Of a stretch of 64,000 nucleotides of DNA, positions 61,882-64,000 are shown one piece after another. Origin of the DNA: an uncultured Candidatus Saccharibacteria bacterium (lineage in GTDB: Bacteria; Patescibacteriota; Minisyncoccia; Phycocordibacterales; JACOZG01). Within the stretch, counting starts at the first letter, position 1; every line of letters begins with the position of its first letter. Position numbers and translations under genes: made by a program. The DNA is taken from assembly GCA_965230925.1 (NCBI GenBank), contig OZ246403.1, positions 266,455 through 330,454 of the forward strand. The letters run 5' to 3'. Under the pieces are notes generated by a model. It had not been told where the DNA came from and ran no database searches. It saw only the letters and a program-made list of their open reading frames with translations.

Positions 61882-62199
61882 TCAAGACAAAAGCTTAAAA
61901 AGGGCAATTAAGGTCAAAACCACGGTCAGAATCTGGCGAGGTAAATTGAAAATAATATCGTGAGATACCAGCTCAAAATCTACCCAACCTAAATAATGAA
62001 GAATCTGACCAAAGAGATAGAGTAAAACAATCATCAGTAATACCAGGCGAATGGTGAAAAAGACCACCGCATCCGGACTAGTGAGAATCTCTGGAATCGA
62101 TTGGATAAGCCAACGAATCTCGGTAACGGAGAAAACTAAAGATAGAGCAAAGAGAAAAGCCTGTTTGAAGGTCATCACCATGACTATATTGTAACGCAA
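61882..62199 (-). CDS. Hypothetical small membrane protein (105 aa, 3 TM)
   Basis: Hydrophobicity pattern only. Confidence 0.5.
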   Translation of the reverse strand: MRYNIVMVMTFKQAFLFALSLVFSVTEIRWLIQSIPEILTSPDAVVFFTIRLVLLMIVLLYLFGQILHYLGWVDFELVSHDIIFNLPRQILTVVLTLIALFKLLS

Positions 62200-62246
62200 A
62201 AATCGTTCGCCGTGGCGAACGATTTTTACTTCAGAAACTGAAAAGT

Positions 62247-62939
62247 CTAATGATGGTTATTGATATCTTGGCGAAGCTTCTCGATATAACGAGCGGCCGC
62301 ATCCCGACCACCAAGGCCGAAGGCTAGACCACCAGCAATTGCGAGCATGGCCACCACACCAGTAAAGAGATTGTTCAGGAGCTGACCACCAATACCGAGC
62401 TGGTTAAGGGCTACAAGAATTGCAGAAACCCAGATTGCCCACTTGGCCACACCACCGAAGAGTTGGGCCGAGTGTGACCCCACCGCCTTGGCTGAGCCAG
62501 CAATAATCTTGTGGGCCGCATCGGCTACCACCGCAGCAAGGAGCAAAATGAGCGAAGCTGCAATTACCCGAGGCAAGTACGAGAGCACTACCTGGCGCAA
62601 GAATTCATTGACTTGCGTGAGCCCAAGCAAATTGAGCGAAGCGATCAAGAAAACAACGATAATAAACCAACGCACCAAACCACCAATGAAGGCGCCAGCA
62701 TCGAGCTTGAAACCAGCCCGCGAAAGCACTTCCTCAGTCCCAACACTCTTCAAAGCCTTATCGACTTGGAGAGCGCTGATAATTTGCGCCACCCATTTCC
62801 CCAAAATCACTGCCACCAACCAACCAAGAATGAAGATCAGGACGGCAATAATCACCTTAGGCAAGATGGTCACAAAGATCACTTGCCACACCTCCTGAAA
62901 CCTCATCGTTAGCTCACCACTCAAAGTGTCTAAATTCAT
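62247..62939 (-). CDS. Membrane protein with repeated 'conserved TM helix' units (mechanosensitive-channel-associated type)
   Basis: Repeated LxxxGxxxGxxhhhhhhhhhhhLNxLG units (for example AAFIGGLVRWFIIVVFLIASLNLLG). Confidence 0.55.
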   Translation of the reverse strand: MNLDTLSGELTMRFQEVWQVIFVTILPKVIIAVLIFILGWLVAVILGKWVAQIISALQVDKALKSVGTEEVLSRAGFKLDAGAFIGGLVRWFIIVVFLIASLNLLGLTQVNEFLRQVVLSYLPRVIAASLILLLAAVVADAAHKIIAGSAKAVGSHSAQLFGGVAKWAIWVSAILVALNQLGIGGQLLNNLFTGVVAMLAIAGGLAFGLGGRDAAARYIEKLRQDINNHH

Positions 62940-62971
62940 AGATAATAAAATTAGCTAATAGCTTAATAATA

Positions 62972-63604
62972 CTAAACTCCGAGTTTATCAATCAAGCGCT
63001 CGTGGGGATAATCGAGAATGTCACGAATGAACTTATCACAAGCATGAAAACGGTAGTTAAAATCGGCGGTTTCCATAACAGAATAGTTGAGCTCCCGCCC
63101 CACCTCCGCCTCCACCATATTGATTGCCCGCTCTATTTTGGCTCGCTTTAAGTGATCTCCGACCAAAAGAAGATCAGCTCGACTCTCGGGTTGATCAATA
63201 AAAATGCCCGAAATAACCAAAAACTTGATATTCCCGGTATGAGCAAAGCGTGAAGCAATTTCTCGCCGTCGACCCACCACATCATTACGCAAGAGGTTAC
63301 GAAGCGGATTAAGAAAAGGAAAAGACTGGTTGAGTTGCCAGCCTTTTACCTTCTTAATTTTCAGTTTTTTAGCCTTACGGCCAGTAACAATCTTCGGCGC
63401 AGGAGCCGGAGTTAGGGTAATCGTTTTTACCTGGGCGAAACCAACTCTTTTTAGGAGTTCAAGCTCTTTGCGGAGCCCTTTACTGGTAACTTTGGCTCTT
63501 GCTCCTACTTCATCCCCCGGCAAAACCACCGTTGGATTAAGCACAAAAAGCCGCATGAGCTTCACCCGGTCGGAACTCCCAAACAGCTTACCCAGGATTT
63601 CCAT
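62972..63604 (-). CDS. Hypothetical protein (210 aa) immediately downstream of rplL
   Basis: Intact ORF. Possible N-terminal winged-helix-like segment (DRVKLMRLFVLNP). No confident family. Confidence 0.55.
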   Translation of the reverse strand: MEILGKLFGSSDRVKLMRLFVLNPTVVLPGDEVGARAKVTSKGLRKELELLKRVGFAQVKTITLTPAPAPKIVTGRKAKKLKIKKVKGWQLNQSFPFLNPLRNLLRNDVVGRRREIASRFAHTGNIKFLVISGIFIDQPESRADLLLVGDHLKRAKIERAINMVEAEVGRELNYSVMETADFNYRFHACDKFIRDILDYPHERLIDKLGV

Positions 63605-63631
63605 CGCCCCTATCTTCCCCTATTTTCGCCT

Positions 63632-63979
63632 TTATTTCAACTCCACCTTACCGCCCGCCGCCTCGATCTCTTTCTTGATCTTCTCGGCGTCCTCCTTCTT
63701 TACGCCTTCTTTAAGCATAGCTGGGGCCGCATCTACCAAATCCTTAGCCTCCTTGAGACCAAGACCGAGAAGCTCCTTCACCACTTTAATAACCGCGATC
63801 TTCTGATCACCAGAGGCCTTAAGCTCCACATTGAAGCTGTCCTTCTCCTCAGCCGCCGGAGCCGCACCCGCACCTGGAGCCGCCATGGCGACTGCCTGGG
63901 CCGAGACACCAAACCGAGTTTCCAAGAACTTCACAAGCTCATGGAGATCGAGTACCGACATCTTCTCAATCGTTTCCAC
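63632..63979 (-). CDS. rplL: 50S ribosomal protein L7/L12
   Basis: [19 protein letters not shown]... N-terminal domain, Ala/Pro hinge, and C-terminal [19 protein letters not shown]. Confidence 0.9.
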   Translation of the reverse strand: METIEKMSVLDLHELVKFLETRFGVSAQAVAMAAPGAGAAPAAEEKDSFNVELKASGDQKIAVIKVVKELLGLGLKEAKDLVDAAPAMLKEGVKKEDAEKIKKEIEAAGGKVELK

Positions 63980-64000
63980 GACTGACTTGAACTTCTCAGG

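Overview
This is a 64-kb, mostly core-genome window at roughly 50% GC with dense coding on both strands. By inference it resembles a reduced, episymbiont-style genome such as Patescibacteria/CPR, because of truncated aaRS genes, a short EF-Ts, an unlinked 23S-5S unit without a 16S gene, a type IV pilus locus next to ComFC, and giant surface proteins. From left to right the window contains: a NusB-NUDIX fusion (partial); rpmF; two co-oriented giant secreted proteins (761 aa PKD/FG-GAP, and 1858 aa LamG + beta-helix + Ig-like + GH-like + peptidoglycan-binding); rnhB; dnaE; an editing-domain-less thrS; gyrB; pheST; tRNA-Thr; tsf; rpsB; prfA; rpmE; an MltB-like lytic transglycosylase; rplY; fba; a PfkB kinase; htrA; an RRM protein; a complete type IV pilus operon (pilA-pilC-pilT-CheY-like-pilB-pilP/O/N/M) divergent from comFC; tRNA-Ser(GCT); a stand-alone tRNA-binding (Trbp111-like) protein; csp; and a Pif1/RecD-like helicase with an HTH. 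Next comes an AT-rich islet of about 1.7 kb adjacent to tRNA-Ser(GGA), carrying a 19-bp duplication of the tRNA 3' end and an overlapping Zn-ribbon + DUF4238 gene pair; this is the best candidate for an undescribed or poorly described anti-phage module. The rest of the window holds pgsA, htpX, lemA, groESL, a glycosylation-type cluster (PAP2, epimerase, WbaP-like sugar transferase, GT4) followed by three tandem GspG-like pseudopilins, rodA/ftsW, 5S and 23S rRNA, and rplL. No CRISPR array was seen. Several long ORFs in the supplied track are antisense shadows of real genes and were rejected. The track also reports GTG/TTG codons as M, so a number of starts were re-assigned.
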